32,000 bases of DNA. Origin: Chlamydiales bacterium. Lineage in GTDB: Bacteria > Chlamydiota > Chlamydiia > Chlamydiales > SM23-39. A program made the position numbers and the translations under genes. The notes under the pieces are model-generated. The model was not told the DNA's origin. It was given only the letters and a program-made list of their open reading frames with translations, and did no database searches. Below, one piece after another: positions 13,910 to 23,498 of this stretch (position 1 is the stretch's first letter; the number at the start of each line of letters is the position of its first letter). The stretch spans positions 60,001-92,000 of the forward strand of contig OZ253438.1 of the NCBI GenBank assembly GCA_965261025.1, given 5' to 3'.

Positions 13910-15235
13910 TTAAAACAGTTTTGTCAAAGAAGCATCTAATTCCACTGAGGCAAATTGCAAAAGGGTTTCATAGCGCACCTTTTGTAGAGGATCTGGAGAA
14001 GGGCTTTCTATTTTCGAAGCAGGAGAAGGGTCCAAGGAAAACTCTACCGGGGTTAAGTGGGGAAGACTTTCCTCTATAGGAGTCTTTTTTTCTATAGGAG
14101 AAGGGGTTTCAAGCACTCGTTTTTCTAAAGAAAGGAGTTTTTCTGCAATGAGATCTAGAGGAAGGCGGTTTTTCACTTGTAAGATTTTCAATAATAAAAA
14201 CTCCATTTCTACTCTATCTAATCCCATTTTTTGCATTTTATGGCGATTTTCTAGTAAAAGCTCTAACAAGAATAAAAGCTCTTCTGAAGAGTAGATTTTT
14301 ACCCTTTTTTCGTAGGCTTCAGGTACTTTCTCTTGATAGGAAAGAAATAAAAGAGTCCTATAATGAGTACAAAGGCCTTCTAATAAGGAAAGAAAATCCT
14401 TTCCTGACTGATAGATTTTTTCTATTAACAAAAAAGCAAAAGAAAGGTCCTTTTTTTCTACAGCGGAATCGAGTTCCCATAGAAAAAGGGAGGGAAGAAT
14501 TCCTAGGGCCTTTTCTACAACCATTTCTGTAATGGGGCCTTCTTCATAGCAAAAAATCTGGTCTAGCAAGGATTCTGCATCGCGAAGGCTTCCTTCTGCC
14601 TGTACAGCGATTTTTTCTAAAGCCCCCTCAGAAATTTCTCTGGTTAGCTCTTGGGCAATAAAAAGGAGCTTTTCTTGTATTTTTTTAGGAGAAATCCTTT
14701 TTAGATCAAATCGTTGGCACCTGCTGCTAATAGTGGGAGGGATTTTATGAGGTTCTGTGGTAGCAAAGAAGAATTTTACCCTTTCAGGCGGCTCTTCCAA
14801 AGTTTTTAATAAAGCGTTAAAAGCTTCTTTAGTGAGCATATGTACTTCATCTACAATATAGACTTTATAATAGGAGGAAGAGGGAGAGTAGATTGCATTT
14901 TCATTAATTCTTCGAATATCATCAATTCCTCGGTTGGAAGCTCCATCTATTTCTATGACGTCAAGAGAACTATTTGCAGTAATCTCCAAGCAATTTTGAC
15001 AATTGTTACAGGGTTCATAGGTTTTTGTTTTATGAAGACAGTTTAGCGCTTTAGCTAAAAGGCGAGCTAAACTGGTTTTTCCTGTTCCCTTTCCCCCACA
15101 AAACAGATACGCAGGAGCAATGCGATTTTTGGCAAGAGCATTTCGTAAAGTTTGTACTGTTACTTCTTGCCCTATTATTTCTGCAAAGGTCTTAGGGCGG
15201 TATTTTCTTGAGAAATTATAGTATTTATCCATCAA
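13910..15235 (-). CDS. dnaX: DNA polymerase III subunit gamma/tau
   Basis: Walker A is GGKGTGKTSLARLLAKALNC, the zinc module is CNNCQNC, Walker B is VYIVDEVHML, and sensor 1/2 are SRCQRF and GSLRDAESLLDQ. Confidence 0.93.
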   Translation of the reverse strand: MMDKYYNFSRKYRPKTFAEIIGQEVTVQTLRNALAKNRIAPAYLFCGGKGTGKTSLARLLAKALNCLHKTKTYEPCNNCQNCLEITANSSLDVIEIDGASNRGIDDIRRINENAIYSPSSSYYKVYIVDEVHMLTKEAFNALLKTLEEPPERVKFFFATTEPHKIPPTISSRCQRFDLKRISPKKIQEKLLFIAQELTREISEGALEKIAVQAEGSLRDAESLLDQIFCYEEGPITEMVVEKALGILPSLFLWELDSAVEKKDLSFAFLLIEKIYQSGKDFLSLLEGLCTHYRTLLFLSYQEKVPEAYEKRVKIYSSEELLFLLELLLENRHKMQKMGLDRVEMEFLLLKILQVKNRLPLDLIAEKLLSLEKRVLETPSPIEKKTPIEESLPHLTPVEFSLDPSPASKIESPSPDPLQKVRYETLLQFASVELDASLTKLF

Positions 15236-15468
15236 ACTTCCTCTAAAACTCCCTCTTTTTTACTGGATTTTTCAGATTCTGGTAAAGAAGGAACAGCAGT
15301 TGTAGTGAAAAATCTTAAGGTAGAGGGTTAGTTGGATTTTTTTGAGTTTACCTGTATAAGCTAAACTTGGAAGAAGACAGAAGTTTTTCTCGAAATCCTA
15401 GAGATTTATCTACAGGAGATTCAAAAATTGTCCGATACTGCTACAATGGGTAGAGATGGGGAACCTGG

Positions 15469-17577
15469 ATGAGTGAGATGGAAAAGCAAGATAGATACCT
15501 TTATATGAGAAAAAGACTCCAAAAAGATCGCTTGGGCTGGCGTTTTTTAGTGGGGCTTTTTACCATTTTTTTCTTAGCTGTTTTTCTTCATTTCCGAGAG
15601 GCTAGGGTGGAAATTCTGGAAGTGGGTTCTCACGCTTCTAAATTTGTGATAAGCCAGGTTGACTTTGAATTTCCCGATGAAGAATCTACGATTCTTTTAA
15701 GGCAAAGCTCTTTAAAGGAGGTAGGGCCTATCTACAAGATTGATGAAAGACAAGTGCGAGAAGTTCGCTTTGAGTTTGAAAACTATTTGGTGCAAAATCG
15801 GGGAAAACAAACAGGCTCTTCTTTTGAAGCGCTTTATAAAACAGCAGATTCTTTTGAGGAGATCCTTTTAAAAACTCGTTTTACTGATGGGAAGACCTTG
15901 CAAAGGCTAAAAGAGGTGGATATGGACGTTTTTTTCTATCAACTCTACTCCCCTTCTTCACTGGAAAAAGCACAGGCTTTACCTGATTCCCTTTGGTATA
16001 AAATGGAAGAAAAAGCCGAAAGCGAAGAGGACTTAGATCCTGAAATTCTACAGTCAGTCGTTTCTTTTTTTTACAACAAAAGGTGGTTTTTAGAGGAAGA
16101 TATTCAAGCGGAATCCTACTTGAGGCAATTAATTCAAAAGAAAATTCCAGAGAAGTATACCCGTGTTAAAGCGGGAACCAAGATCATAGATCAAGGAGAA
16201 AAAATAACCAATAGGCATGTGGCTATGCTACAGTCCATGAAGAGCTCCATGAATGAAAATAGAAAACTAACCTCTCCTATTTCTATATTTTCTAGCTTTT
16301 TATTTGCTTTTATTTTTGTAGGGTTAAGTGCGCTTTATTTTAAGATTAACCATCCAGAGTTGATGGGCTCTTTTCAAAAGCTTGCCCTTTTAGCTACCAT
16401 TGTGATCTTTACCCTGATATTTGCCAAATTGACGGAGTATGTGCTTATCTCTAATACCTCTATGATGGAAGCGATTCGTTATCCTTTGATTATTCCCTTT
16501 TCTACTATCTTAATCTGTATTTTATTAAATGGACGTATAGCTTTATATGCTTCTTCTTTTTTAGCAATTATTCTCTCGATTACCTTAGCAGTAGATCACA
16601 GCAGATTTTTAGTCATGAATCTAGTTACCTCTTTAGTGGTTATCACTTGCACAAAATCCTTACGTAAAAGAAAAGAGGTTTTTGTAGTTTGTGGAAAAAC
16701 TTACCTGAGTGCAATTCCAGTTTTATTTGCCTTTAATTTTGCTAGCTATACCATATGGAGTAGCTCTTTAGCTTGGGACCTTTTTTCTGCTTTTATCTTC
16801 ATGCTTGTCAGTGCTATCTTGGTGGTAGGTCTTCTTCCTATTCTCGAAGCGCTGTTCAAAGTGGTCACAGAAATGACGATCATGGAGTATATGGATCCGA
16901 ACAATGAGCTTTTAAGAAGGCTTGCCTTAGAGATTCCAGGGACCTACCAACACTGCTTGGTTTTGGGCAACTTAGCAGAGTCGATGGCGCAATCTATTGG
17001 TGCCGATGGGCTTTTTTGTAGGGTAGCTACTTTGTATCACGATATCGGAAAGCTTAACAATCCGCAGTTTTTTACGGAAAATCAGCAGGGGGGAGTGAAT
17101 ATTCATCAGCTTCTGACTCCTGTAGAGTCAGCACAGGTAATTATTTCCCACGTAAAAGATGGAGAAATGCTGGCCAAAAAATATCGGCTACCACCTTCTT
17201 TCATTGATATAATTAAAGAGCATCATGGAACGACTCTTGCTTATTATTTCTACTGCAAGGAACTCGAGCTAAAGGGGGGAGAGGAAAGTCAGGTAGAAGT
17301 AGAAAAATTTCGTTATCCAGGACCCAAACCACATGGTAAAGAATCAGCTATCATTATGATTGCAGATACAGTGGAAGCAGCTTCTCGTTCTTTAACAGAT
17401 ATTCAGGAAGAAAAAATAAAAGCTTTAGTGGATCGTCTTGTCAAGGAAAGGCTTGATGATGGTCAGTTTGAGGATTGTTCTTTGACTTTTCGAGAACTAG
17501 AAGTTATCAAGAGCACCTTGATTAAAACATTAATGCACACCTACCACGCCCGCATCAAGTATCCAGAGAAAAAATAG
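15469..17577 (+). CDS. 7TM receptor with intracellular HD hydrolase domain (7TMR-HDED / PgpH-like HDIG protein)
   Basis: It has an N-terminal signal-anchor and extracellular domain, then seven predicted TM helices (residues ~265-465). The HD domain carries HCLVLGNLAE, TLYHDIGK and EHHGT. Confidence 0.88.
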   Translation: MSEMEKQDRYLYMRKRLQKDRLGWRFLVGLFTIFFLAVFLHFREARVEILEVGSHASKFVISQVDFEFPDEESTILLRQSSLKEVGPIYKIDERQVREVRFEFENYLVQNRGKQTGSSFEALYKTADSFEEILLKTRFTDGKTLQRLKEVDMDVFFYQLYSPSSLEKAQALPDSLWYKMEEKAESEEDLDPEILQSVVSFFYNKRWFLEEDIQAESYLRQLIQKKIPEKYTRVKAGTKIIDQGEKITNRHVAMLQSMKSSMNENRKLTSPISIFSSFLFAFIFVGLSALYFKINHPELMGSFQKLALLATIVIFTLIFAKLTEYVLISNTSMMEAIRYPLIIPFSTILICILLNGRIALYASSFLAIILSITLAVDHSRFLVMNLVTSLVVITCTKSLRKRKEVFVVCGKTYLSAIPVLFAFNFASYTIWSSSLAWDLFSAFIFMLVSAILVVGLLPILEALFKVVTEMTIMEYMDPNNELLRRLALEIPGTYQHCLVLGNLAESMAQSIGADGLFCRVATLYHDIGKLNNPQFFTENQQGGVNIHQLLTPVESAQVIISHVKDGEMLAKKYRLPPSFIDIIKEHHGTTLAYYFYCKELELKGGEESQVEVEKFRYPGPKPHGKESAIIMIADTVEAASRSLTDIQEEKIKALVDRLVKERLDDGQFEDCSLTFRELEVIKSTLIKTLMHTYHARIKYPEKK

Positions 17578-17596
17578 TCATTCGACTTCTCTGGCT

Positions 17597-19207
17597 TTAC
17601 CCACTTTTTTTCTTAAAAAAATCCTTTAGTTTTTTCAAATACAGATCACTTTCTTTAAGAGTTTGTTTTAAGGAAACGCCTTTTTTCTGCACTTCTAGAT
17701 AGATCTTTATCTTCGGTTCTGTTCCTGAAGGTCTTATTACTATTTTTGTTTTATCCTCTAGATAGAAACGAAGAACATCAGAAGGAGGAAAAGCAGAAGG
17801 AGGATCTTGCAAAAAATCTTCTAAGGAAAGTACTTTTTTGCCCAAAAGGGAAGAAAAGGGATTCTTTCTTGTTTTTTCCATGAAAATCTTTCTTTCTTCT
17901 ATTCCTTTTTCTCCTTCGGAAAAATGAAGGGAGACTTGATCTTCTCTAAACACTCCAAATTTTTGGTATATTTCTAGGAGGAAATCATAAAGTGTTTTTC
18001 CCTTTTCTTTACAAGAAAGGGCCATTTCTGCCACTAGACAACTAGCTTGTACTCCATCTTTATCCTTTACAGAGTCATACATTAGATACCCCAAAGATTC
18101 TTCAACTCCCAGAATATAAGTATACTCTTTGTTTTTTTGCCAAAGTGCTATTTTTTCTGCGATATATTTAAAGCCTGTTAACACCTCAAAAGATTTTTTA
18201 TGAAAGAAAGAAGCTATTACATCAAAGAGATCAGAGGTAACAATGGTTTTTATAAAGGCGCTATTTTTAGGAAGATGGGAATGATTCTTTAAAATGTAAA
18301 AAAGCAAAAGGCAGGCTATCTGATTTCCAGAAAAGCGTAGTATTTTTTCTTTATCTCTGATAGCAACCCCAATTCTATCTGCGTCGGGATCGTTTGCTAG
18401 GAGAAGGTCTCCCTTTTCTTGCAAAAGCTGGGAAGCGCCCATTTCAAGAGCCTCTTTTTCTTCGGGATTAGGTTTTTTTGCATAAGAAAAGGAAGGGTCA
18501 ATCTTACACTGTTTTTCCACTAAGGAGAGAGAAGAAAATCCCCAGGATTTAAGAGCCTTAGGGGTTATTTCACAGCCTGTTCCGTGCAGCCCTGTATAGA
18601 CAATGTGTAAAGAGGAACCCCGTGATTGATTCTCTTGCATTCTTAAAGAGCTTTTTTTCAAAGACTCTTGATATAGATTGTCTAAATGAGTAGGGATAGA
18701 AAAAAGAAACTCTTTTTTTTTCTGTTTTTTTACTTGATCCAAAGAAGTAATTTTTTTCATTTCTTTTGCAATACCGACATCGTGGGGAGAAACAATTTGC
18801 GCTCCTCCTTCCCAATAGATTTTATAACCATTGTACTCTGGAGGATTGTGTGAGGCAGTAATCATTACGGCTGCATGGGCCTGGTAATGAATTGTGGCAA
18901 AAGAGACCATAGGAGTAGGTCTTAATCGGGGAAATAGATAAGCCTTTATTTCATTGGCTGATAGGACAGAGGCAACTTTTCTGGCAAAGAATTTTGCCTT
19001 CTTTCTATTGTCATACCCTATAACTACTTTTAAAGGGACTCCTTCAAACTGTTTGTGTAAGTAGTTAGCAAGAGCTTGAGTAATCTTATAAACGGCAAAC
19101 AGGTGAAAGCAGCCCGGTTTTTCTCCCATTAAAGCGCGAATTCCTCCTGTGCCAAATGCAGGAGTTTTTTCAAATAAAATTTTTTCTTTTTTCAGGTAAG
19201 ATTTCAT
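17597..19207 (-). CDS. Alpha-D-phosphohexomutase (phosphoglucomutase/phosphomannomutase family)
   Basis: The catalytic serine loop is ITASHNPPEYNGYK, the metal loop is ANDPDADRIGVA, the sugar-binding loop is GVEESLGY, and the phosphate-binding motif is RPSGTEPKIK. Confidence 0.9.
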   Translation of the reverse strand: MKSYLKKEKILFEKTPAFGTGGIRALMGEKPGCFHLFAVYKITQALANYLHKQFEGVPLKVVIGYDNRKKAKFFARKVASVLSANEIKAYLFPRLRPTPMVSFATIHYQAHAAVMITASHNPPEYNGYKIYWEGGAQIVSPHDVGIAKEMKKITSLDQVKKQKKKEFLFSIPTHLDNLYQESLKKSSLRMQENQSRGSSLHIVYTGLHGTGCEITPKALKSWGFSSLSLVEKQCKIDPSFSYAKKPNPEEKEALEMGASQLLQEKGDLLLANDPDADRIGVAIRDKEKILRFSGNQIACLLLFYILKNHSHLPKNSAFIKTIVTSDLFDVIASFFHKKSFEVLTGFKYIAEKIALWQKNKEYTYILGVEESLGYLMYDSVKDKDGVQASCLVAEMALSCKEKGKTLYDFLLEIYQKFGVFREDQVSLHFSEGEKGIEERKIFMEKTRKNPFSSLLGKKVLSLEDFLQDPPSAFPPSDVLRFYLEDKTKIVIRPSGTEPKIKIYLEVQKKGVSLKQTLKESDLYLKKLKDFFKKKSG

Positions 19208-19835
19208 TCGTATCTCCGTTATATACCAAGGGAAAAAAAAGGGGGAATTTTTTTTTAGGGAAATTTTTCAGGACCTTTACCCTTAAGAAAATCAATCTAA
19301 AAAAGACGTTACTATCTAATATTAAAGTTTATCTATTTTGTAAATAGAGGGCTTTTCTCGGATGCTATTTTCTATAAAAATAACTGGAGTTTTGTTTAAC
19401 TTAATTGAGTTATCTGGAGTAAATCTCTAAAAAAGTAGGGAGTTTATTTTTTCCCTTTTGCAAAAAAAACTTCTGCACTAGAGGGTTTTGTTAGCTGATA
19501 ACAATCTCCTCCCAAGAGTTTTTGTAGAGGGAGGTAGACCTTGATGTATAGCGCAAGAAAAAGAGGATCCTGCCCTAGCTTTAGCAGAACAGCAAAGACA
19601 AGAAGGGCTAGATTGGCTCTTTATGCTGATCTTTTGTTATTGAAAACGGGTAGCATGTCCTTCTCTTTTCCCTTGTTTTCCTCTCAAAAACTAGCTTCTA
19701 TCCTTAAAAATACTAAAATTTTGATACGGTGAGTTCTTTCTTTTTTCTGGGAGTCTACAGGAAAGCCCTTTTCATAAAAATCAAAGAACCTTAGTCTTTT
19801 CGCTAGAACTTTTAGGGATATCTCGAGGGGATTTT

Positions 19836-21215
19836 ATGCAAACAGAAAAGAGAGAGCACTGGGCGTCTACTTTTGGGTTCATTATGGCTGCAGCAGGGTC
19901 TGCTATCGGCCTTGGGACCCTTTGGCAGTTTCCTTATATGACGGGGCAAAATGGAGGAGGACTTTTTGTTATTCTATTTTTGGTCTTTACCGCTTTTATA
20001 GGAATGCCTCTTTTTATAGCAGAACTAGTTTTGGGTAGAAAAGCGCAAAGAGGGGCTGTAGGGGTCTTTCAGAAATTAGCTCCCCATTCGGAGGGGTGGA
20101 AATTAGCAGGATGGCTGTCTGTATCGATTTCTTTTTTGATTCTATCTTACTACTGCGTTGTCGCAGGATGGGGGCTAAACTATGTTTTTATGTGTCTAAA
20201 TCAGTTTTATCTAGGAAAAACTTCTCAGGAAATAGCAGGAGTTTTTGACATTTTACATAAGGCCAGTGGGATCAATATCTTTTGGCAAGTAGCTTTTCTT
20301 TTACTTTCTGCAGGAGTAGTTTTAAAAGGGGTGAAAAAGGGAATTGAGTTTTGGAGTAGAATTTTGACCTCCACTCTTCTAGTCATTTTATTAGCTCTTC
20401 TTTTGTATAGCATAACATTAAGCGGTTTTAAAGAGGCTTGTCGATTTATTTTTTATCCTGATCTTTCTAAACTAAGAGTCTCTGGTGTTCTAGAAGCCTT
20501 AGGCATGGCTTTTTATACTCTCAGTTTGGGTCAAGGCATTATGCTTACCTATGGAAGTTATATGAAGCATACAGAAAATATTCCCAAAACAGCGGTTATC
20601 GTAAGCGTTGTGAATCTTGTTGTATCTATAGCAGCTGCTTTAATGATCTTCCCCATTATTTTTACCTTTAATCTACCTGCTCAAGGAGGCGTAGGATTGG
20701 TTTTTAAGACTCTTCCCGTTCTTTTTGCCCAGCTGCCTGGTGCGTTAATTTTATCCACTACGTTTTTTATTTTATTAGTTTTTACAGCTCTTACTTCTAA
20801 CGTAGCTTTGATTGAAGTAATCACGGCCAATTTTATGGACATGTTTCGATGGAGTCGGACTAAGTCGGTACTTTTCACTTCCCTAGCAGGTTTTATTTTC
20901 GGGATTCCTTCAGCTCTTTCTGGTTCTCAGGCTCTTTTTCCAGATTGGATGGCTGTTTATGGAAAGACTTTCTTTAGTACTGTAGTGGATTTAGTTGCTG
21001 AGTGGCTTCTTCCTTTTTCGGGACTTTTTGTAGCCTTATTTCTAGGATGGAAGGTGGGAGCTAAGGATTGTTTTCAGGAGTTTTGTCAGGGAACTCGTTG
21101 GCAGAAGATTTTTGCTACGTGGTTTTTTTTTACCAAGTGGATTGCTCCCGTAGCTATTTTTTTGATCCTTCTTCAAAGAGGGGGAATTATAGATCTAGAT
21201 GCCTGGTTTTCTTAG
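19836..21215 (+). CDS. Sodium-dependent transporter, neurotransmitter:sodium symporter (NSS/SNF) family
   Basis: The N-terminal signature WASTFGFIMAAAGSAIGLGTLWQFPY (GF.laaaGsAvGLGn.WrFPy) is present, with about 11-12 hydrophobic helices. Confidence 0.9.
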   Translation: MQTEKREHWASTFGFIMAAAGSAIGLGTLWQFPYMTGQNGGGLFVILFLVFTAFIGMPLFIAELVLGRKAQRGAVGVFQKLAPHSEGWKLAGWLSVSISFLILSYYCVVAGWGLNYVFMCLNQFYLGKTSQEIAGVFDILHKASGINIFWQVAFLLLSAGVVLKGVKKGIEFWSRILTSTLLVILLALLLYSITLSGFKEACRFIFYPDLSKLRVSGVLEALGMAFYTLSLGQGIMLTYGSYMKHTENIPKTAVIVSVVNLVVSIAAALMIFPIIFTFNLPAQGGVGLVFKTLPVLFAQLPGALILSTTFFILLVFTALTSNVALIEVITANFMDMFRWSRTKSVLFTSLAGFIFGIPSALSGSQALFPDWMAVYGKTFFSTVVDLVAEWLLPFSGLFVALFLGWKVGAKDCFQEFCQGTRWQKIFATWFFFTKWIAPVAIFLILLQRGGIIDLDAWFS

Positions 21216-22069
21216 AAGGTAAAGCGTTCTTTTCTGACTACTTCCCAGGCGCTTTTTTTTTGAAAGATTTCTACATCTACTTTTTGTTCGAAGAGATGGA
21301 TAGCATTAAAAGAGCTTCTTTTTTGGTAGGTAAGACTTCCCGCATCTAAAAGGATGGGAAGACCCCTTTCTCTTAAGTCAGCCAAGGAGCTTCTATGCGT
21401 ATGTCCGCAAAGATACAGTAAGACAGAAGGATTTTTCTCTAAAACTTTTCGTAAGAATTTACTTCTTACAAGCGATTTCTTTTTCCCATCATTGCAAAAT
21501 AGGGGAAAGTGGTTTAGGAGAAGGATCTTTGCCTTTTTAGGGAGCAAAGAAAAAAGCTCTTCCATTTTTTTTTCAAGAGTCTCAGAAAAAAATCCCTCTG
21601 CGGATAAAAGAGAAGTTGCCTTACAAGTATCCAGGGCAATATACCAAAAATCTTTCCACAAAGGGGCCGCTTCTATTCCTTCTTTTTTTAGGGAAAAGAA
21701 AGAGGGAGAAGGATTTTCTAAGAATTGGTAAAAACTTTTCTTTTTTTCATTTGCCTTAGTGTAAAAATCATGATTTCCGGGGATACAGATAACCGGAAGA
21801 TTTTCTTTTTCTAAAGCTTTACAAAAGTGTTTTGCTGCCAAAAACTCAGGATCTCTTCCTGTTGTAGAGAAGTCGCCTGTAATAAGAATTTTTTGAAATT
21901 TCTTTTGTTTTAAGAAGAGGATAAAGCGAGGTAAATCTAGGTGAGAAAAAGTATTTCTTCTATTGAGGAGAAAATTGAAATTTCCCACCCACCTTTTAGA
22001 AAAAAACTGAAGGGGGTTATAGGAAAACTTCGCAAAATGAAGATCAGAGATATGCGCTAAGGAAAACAT
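21212..22069 (-). CDS. Calcineurin-like metallophosphoesterase, possibly the chlamydial LpxG-type UDP-2,3-diacylglucosamine hydrolase
   Basis: The metallophosphoesterase motifs are in canonical order: ISDLHF, ILITGDFSTTG, IPGNHD, LLNHFP, CGHTHRS. The LpxG assignment is inference only, because Chlamydia uses a calcineurin-like enzyme for this step. Confidence 0.8.
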   Translation of the reverse strand: MFSLAHISDLHFAKFSYNPLQFFSKRWVGNFNFLLNRRNTFSHLDLPRFILFLKQKKFQKILITGDFSTTGRDPEFLAAKHFCKALEKENLPVICIPGNHDFYTKANEKKKSFYQFLENPSPSFFSLKKEGIEAAPLWKDFWYIALDTCKATSLLSAEGFFSETLEKKMEELFSLLPKKAKILLLNHFPLFCNDGKKKSLVRSKFLRKVLEKNPSVLLYLCGHTHRSSLADLRERGLPILLDAGSLTYQKRSSFNAIHLFEQKVDVEIFQKKSAWEVVRKERFTF

Positions 22070-22070
22070 A

Positions 22071-22334
22071 TTATCTTTTGGGAAGTTGATCTGCTTTACT
22101 TCTGTGAAAGGGGATCTTTTTCTTAAGTTTCTTATTTCGTTCTTCGGGGGTTTCTGGATGGGGAACCTTCTTACTTTTCCCCTTTTTTATTCTGGCCTTT
22201 CTTTGTTTTTTTTTCTGCTCTTCTGTAAGAGGTTTCCGAAATGGATCTTTCCAAGAAGATTCCTCTTCCATTTGCTTTACGCTTTTTAACACTTTTTTAT
22301 TAAGATACTTCATATGGTGGGACTCATCTTTCAT
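22071..22334 (-). CDS. Small, highly basic lysine-rich protein (87 aa), unknown function
   Basis: The ORF ends 1 nt before the start of the metallophosphoesterase gene on the same strand. Composition is dominated by K/R/E (EEQKKKQRKARIKKGKSKKVP, RNKKLKKKIPF). The start could be M1 or M8. Confidence 0.55.
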   Translation of the reverse strand: MKDESHHMKYLNKKVLKSVKQMEEESSWKDPFRKPLTEEQKKKQRKARIKKGKSKKVPHPETPEERNKKLKKKIPFHRSKADQLPKR

Positions 22335-22394
22335 GAACTACAGGCTCCTTTTGGCCGAATATAGTAGACAAGACTAAAAGATAGCAAATGATTC

Positions 22395-23345
22395 CTAACT
22401 AAATGAATAGACTTTTTTATAAAAGGTCGTTAAAACCGTTTTTACGGAAACTAAATGAGACCAGTAGTTATCTCGAAAACGCATTCCCTTTATGTTAGGA
22501 ACCCAATTAGGAGGTAGTACGATAGATGCCTCTTTCCATCCAGGTCTCCAGTGAGTAATGCCCCTTTTAGAATGAGCTATCACCAAAGAAGGAATGTGTA
22601 GGTAAGAAGCCAAATGGGCAGGACCTGAATCATTTCCAATAAAATATCCTGCTTCATACAAGAGAGAAGCAAGTTCACTCAAGGTTTGTGAGTCAGCAAT
22701 TTCTATCCCTTCTTTTAGGGCGGAAGAAAAGGGGGGGCTTTCCTCTTTTTTTAAAGAGAGAATGGGACGAAATCCTGCCTTTTTTAATCTTTTTGCCAGA
22801 TGAAGGAATTTGCCAGGTAGCCAGTTTTTTACGAACGAGCTAGAAGTAGGATGAATAACAATAGTCGTCCTATGTTTTCTATGAATTAGGGTAGAGGGAA
22901 TTTGCAATCCTATATCTTTAGGTGGATGAGAAAGACCGAGAAGGGTTTGTAGAGAAACGGCTACGTTTTCCACCATAGGTTTTTTTTCATCAAAGGCAAA
23001 GTCAAGTCCTTTTCTTATAGGGTAGTGTTTTTGGCTGCGGTAGTTGTTATAAAAAGAGATCAACTTAGGGATTTTTTTCTCTCTTCCTAGCTCGTAGACC
23101 GCTTTAGCTTTGGGAGAGTTTTCATGTTGTAAAAGAACTATGTCAAAATAGGGAAGGATTTTTGAAAAATCTTCTATAGGAGGTTTCTTTTGAAAGGAAA
23201 AGCCAGGCAACCAATCCTTAAAATATCCAAGCTGATTGGAGAAAGTGGTGACAGAATATCCCTTTTTTCGGTAAGCGCAAGAGGCTACCATCATCATTAA
23301 AGAATCACCCAACCCTTCTGCGCAGAAAACGGCTACCTTTCCCAT
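22395..23345 (-). CDS. Glycosyltransferase family 9 (heptosyltransferase-like) protein
   Basis: The C-terminal GT9 signature is YFIGNDSGPAHLASYLHIPSLVI. The N-terminus is VAVFCAEGLGDSLMMM (GT9 R...lGD pattern). The size of ~316 aa fits. Confidence 0.8.
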   Translation of the reverse strand: MGKVAVFCAEGLGDSLMMMVASCAYRKKGYSVTTFSNQLGYFKDWLPGFSFQKKPPIEDFSKILPYFDIVLLQHENSPKAKAVYELGREKKIPKLISFYNNYRSQKHYPIRKGLDFAFDEKKPMVENVAVSLQTLLGLSHPPKDIGLQIPSTLIHRKHRTTIVIHPTSSSFVKNWLPGKFLHLAKRLKKAGFRPILSLKKEESPPFSSALKEGIEIADSQTLSELASLLYEAGYFIGNDSGPAHLASYLHIPSLVIAHSKRGITHWRPGWKEASIVLPPNWVPNIKGMRFRDNYWSHLVSVKTVLTTFYKKVYSFS

Positions 23346-23498
23346 AGGAAGATAAAGTTAGAGGAATGAATTTTTTTTGACAATCGATATAAACAAACGA
23401 TTCAGGGAAGTTACAGATAGAAGATGCCCTAAGCTTGAGGGTCTTACTATGCTTTTAGGTGTTGGGAAAAGAGCTTATAGCAGAGTAGACTGGTTTGG

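Noticed and set aside
15247-15333. Annotating the dnaX-upstream hairpin outright as ffs (SRP RNA)
   Set aside because: The near-universal GGAA tetraloop closed by two C-G pairs is absent, and the GCAGC element is imperfect. It is reported only as a candidate to be scanned with a covariance model.
19541-19732. 63-aa ORF (MMYSARKRGSCPSFSRTAKTRRARL...) in the long intergenic region
   Set aside because: It has a TTG start, no RBS, and Arg/Ser-rich low-complexity composition unlike the neighbouring proteins. It is probably a spurious ORF in noncoding sequence.
21354-21731. 125-aa plus-strand ORF
   Set aside because: It is entirely antisense to the metallophosphoesterase gene, which has all the family motifs. 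It has no motif of its own.
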